Of a stretch of DNA of 64,000 nucleotides, positions 62,041 through 64,000 are shown one piece after another. The position numbers were made by a program, and so were the translations under genes. Position 1 is the stretch's first letter. Every line of letters begins with the position of its first letter. The DNA is from Ostreococcus lucimarinus (Eukaryota): assembly GCA_000092065.1 (NCBI GenBank), contig CP000586.1; one strand, written 5' to 3'. The notes beneath the pieces were generated by a model that did no database searches, was not told where the DNA came from, and was given only the letters and a program-made list of their open reading frames with translations.

Positions 62041-64000
62041 TTACAAATCGCGCGCACTTCTATCCTCGGGTAGCGTGGGTAAAGACAAGCTCTCTAGACT
62101 CACGCCGCGCGAATGCGTCGGAGTGCGATCTTGGCTACTCCGGCGACCTCCTGGGACGTCGGGAAATTGCGTTTCTTTGCCCCAAACATCAGCGAAAGAC
62201 AGTTTACGACGGTGTTTTGGCGCCTTGATCTCCTCCGCTTTCACCGGAGCGATTCCTAAGCTTTCAACGACGACGCCGTGTAAAGTACCACTTCTTCGAG
62301 GCGACTTGAGTTCAACGTCCACTTTTTGGCGAGGCTCGACGCCCTCCTTTTCGCTCTTTCCGCCGGACGACCTCCGGATAGCTGCGTCTCTATCTTGCAC
62401 CTCATCGGCTAAAGTCGGCCTAAAATATCGCATGAACATGATGGACGCAATGTAGGGCCAGATGGAGATGATCGCCACCGGCCAAAACCCGAGCCAGTAT
62501 TTCATCACCTGAGACGTTATCGGTAAAAACGTCTTGTAACTGTAAGTGGAGTAGTACACTTCCGTCTCACTTAACGCCATGTTCAAGATGAACCACAGTA
62601 GGATGGAACCCCATATGACTACGTGATGAAATAAAGTCCAAAAGTTGCACAACAATCCGAGTTGTACGTTCAAAGCGATGAGGAGCGCAGTGTACAAAGT
62701 CGTTCCGACCTCCCACAGCCCAAACGGCTGTCCGCTTTCCGCGTCCGCTTCGCCCGTGTGGATGCCGTAGAAGACCATAACGAAGCTCACAACCGCGACG
62801 TAAATACCGTACGCAAACCAAGTCAAACGACGGCGCGACGTAAACTGTGAGTTCGCCTGTGTTTCTCTGTACAGTTCCGGAACCTCCATCGAACTCTGCG
62901 GTTTCACGTCTTGGTCAAGGATACCGAGCGCTAGTACCGGAAAGTTGGTGAAGAAAATGTTGAACGACGACATCAGCCAATCGTTGTACACAGTCTGTCC
63001 GCTGGCTTTGGTGTGCATGTTGAATATGAAAATAGTCAAACCAAAAGCGATGTTCTTAAAGAAGAAGTACGTCACCATGCGTGCAATTCGCTTGTAATTG
63101 TATCGACCGTGGAGGAGAAGAAGGCGCTCCAAGAAGCGGAACTGGGCAAATGCGAAATCCGACGCCATGACTGCTTGCATACCCTCTTGGCCACTGATGC
63201 CGACACCGATGTGAGCGGCTTGAATCATCCCGACATCGTTCGCACCGTCACCGATAGCGAGCGTGATGCGTCCAGAATCCTTCACGAGAGTCGTCACGAG
63301 CGCCTTTTGTAAAGGCGACACGCGGCAGCAAATAACCGCGCTGCACTTGGTTCCCAGGGCTAGGAAGCTTCCGGCGAGCTCTGGTTTGAGAGCCAGCGTG
63401 AGCGAACGACCGTCGATAACCATACCGACGTCGGCGTCGAGCTGAATCGCGGCTTCGGCGTCTACTAAACCAGCTTCAATCTGCTGCTTCACTGAGGCCA
63501 TGGCGAGGCGTTGAAATGTCGCGCTGTCGATCTCGCCGTTGTTTTCTTGTTTAACCAAATCTTCGACGTTGATGACGCGGACCTTCATTTGCGGAGTGAT
63601 GAGCGAGCACGCTTGCCCGATGTTTATCGCAGTATCTTGCTTGTCACCGGTGAGTACCCAAACTGCGATGTTTGCCTTCATGAGTTGTTCAATGGTACGC
63701 GGTACGCCGACTTGCAATTTGTCTTCAATCGCAGTCGAGCCCAACAGCGTGAGGTCTTTCTCGATGAGATTCGCCACCTCTTCCAGTTTCTCTTCACGAT
63801 TTTGGAGAGCTTGGCTCGCCTCGATGAACTTTTCATTCCACGAAGCGTACTCAGAAGGGTTGATGACTCGACGCGCGAGGCACAACGTGCGCAAACCGCA
63901 CTTTGCCCACGCATCCATGTGCTCCTGGGTCGCATCCTTGAATTCATTGCCGTTCTGAGACAGTCGCTCATAAATGACGTTGTCGGCACCCTTGGTGAAG
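62041..64000 (-). CDS. Phospholipid-transporting P4-type ATPase (flippase, ALA/Drs2-like). C-terminal portion only, because the 5' end runs off the window
   Basis: The reading frame is open to position 64000 (FTKGADNVIYERL... precedes the track's internal Met at 63918). Hinge GDGANDVGMIQAAHIGVGISGQEG. Also VLTGDKQDTAINIG, CCRVSPLQKALV and the C-terminal TM bundle. Stop at 62041. Confidence 0.85.
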   Translation of the reverse strand, partial: FTKGADNVIYERLSQNGNEFKDATQEHMDAWAKCGLRTLCLARRVINPSEYASWNEKFIEASQALQNREEKLEEVANLIEKDLTLLGSTAIEDKLQVGVPRTIEQLMKANIAVWVLTGDKQDTAINIGQACSLITPQMKVRVINVEDLVKQENNGEIDSATFQRLAMASVKQQIEAGLVDAEAAIQLDADVGMVIDGRSLTLALKPELAGSFLALGTKCSAVICCRVSPLQKALVTTLVKDSGRITLAIGDGANDVGMIQAAHIGVGISGQEGMQAVMASDFAFAQFRFLERLLLLHGRYNYKRIARMVTYFFFKNIAFGLTIFIFNMHTKASGQTVYNDWLMSSFNIFFTNFPVLALGILDQDVKPQSSMEVPELYRETQANSQFTSRRRLTWFAYGIYVAVVSFVMVFYGIHTGEADAESGQPFGLWEVGTTLYTALLIALNVQLGLLCNFWTLFHHVVIWGSILLWFILNMALSETEVYYSTYSYKTFLPITSQVMKYWLGFWPVAIISIWPYIASIMFMRYFRPTLADEVQDRDAAIRRSSGGKSEKEGVEPRQKVDVELKSPRRSGTLHGVVVESLGIAPVKAEEIKAPKHRRKLSFADVWGKETQFPDVPGGRRSSQDRTPTHSRGVSLESLSLPTLPEDRSARDL

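Noticed and set aside
1-64000. Reading the GluRS/SecA/AMT/Ycf4 genes as a bacterial or organellar operon or island
   Set aside because: The genes are interleaved with unmistakably eukaryotic nuclear genes (myosin, midasin, SPT5, XRN, TOP3). They carry transit-peptide-like N-termini and spliceosomal introns, and they share the host's GC-rich codon usage. This is nuclear DNA encoding organelle-targeted proteins, not a prokaryotic insertion.

Overview
This 64-kb window is eukaryotic nuclear DNA from a very GC-rich, gene-dense, intron-poor green-lineage alga. I infer the lineage from four observations:
- nuclear genes for plastid proteins (SecA, protoporphyrinogen oxidase, organellar bacterial-type GluRS, Ycf4, CURT1/CAAD);
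- TGTAA poly(A) signals downstream of several genes;
- plant-type TRB Myb, myosin XI with a DIL tail, and plant-type LRRs;
- ACTGAC branch-point introns.
The species cannot be named from sequence alone.

I call about 25 protein-coding genes, nearly all single-exon, separated by very short spacers:
- convergent stop codons are only 26-181 bp apart;
- divergent promoters span 98-775 bp;
- some same-strand neighbours are only 27-125 bp apart.

The six introns I could place fall in ribosomal protein eL14, a TRB-type double-Myb gene, and the AAA3 region of midasin. Placement rests on protein-homology breaks plus GT(A/G)CG donors, ACTGAC branch motifs and AG acceptors.

Two cautions about the ORF track: 'M' frequently stands for GTG or TTG (checked at 112, 10144, 17329, 20004, 39857, 48698 and 55168), and GC-rich coding regions throw long Arg/Ala/Pro-rich antisense shadow ORFs. 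I rejected those.

No RNA genes, transposons, CRISPR or obviously foreign insertions were recognised, and I do not see a single novel system. The observations most worth following up are:
- a nuclear ycf4 carrying a transit peptide;
- a tandem TATA-bearing 94-bp repeat in the midasin/TGH bidirectional promoter;
- candidate polycistronic gene pairs;
- a CURT1/CAAD protein fused to a histone-H1-like basic repeat tail;
- a sharp GC shift inside midasin;
- tightly stereotyped intron signals, including a 12-nt first exon in RPL14.
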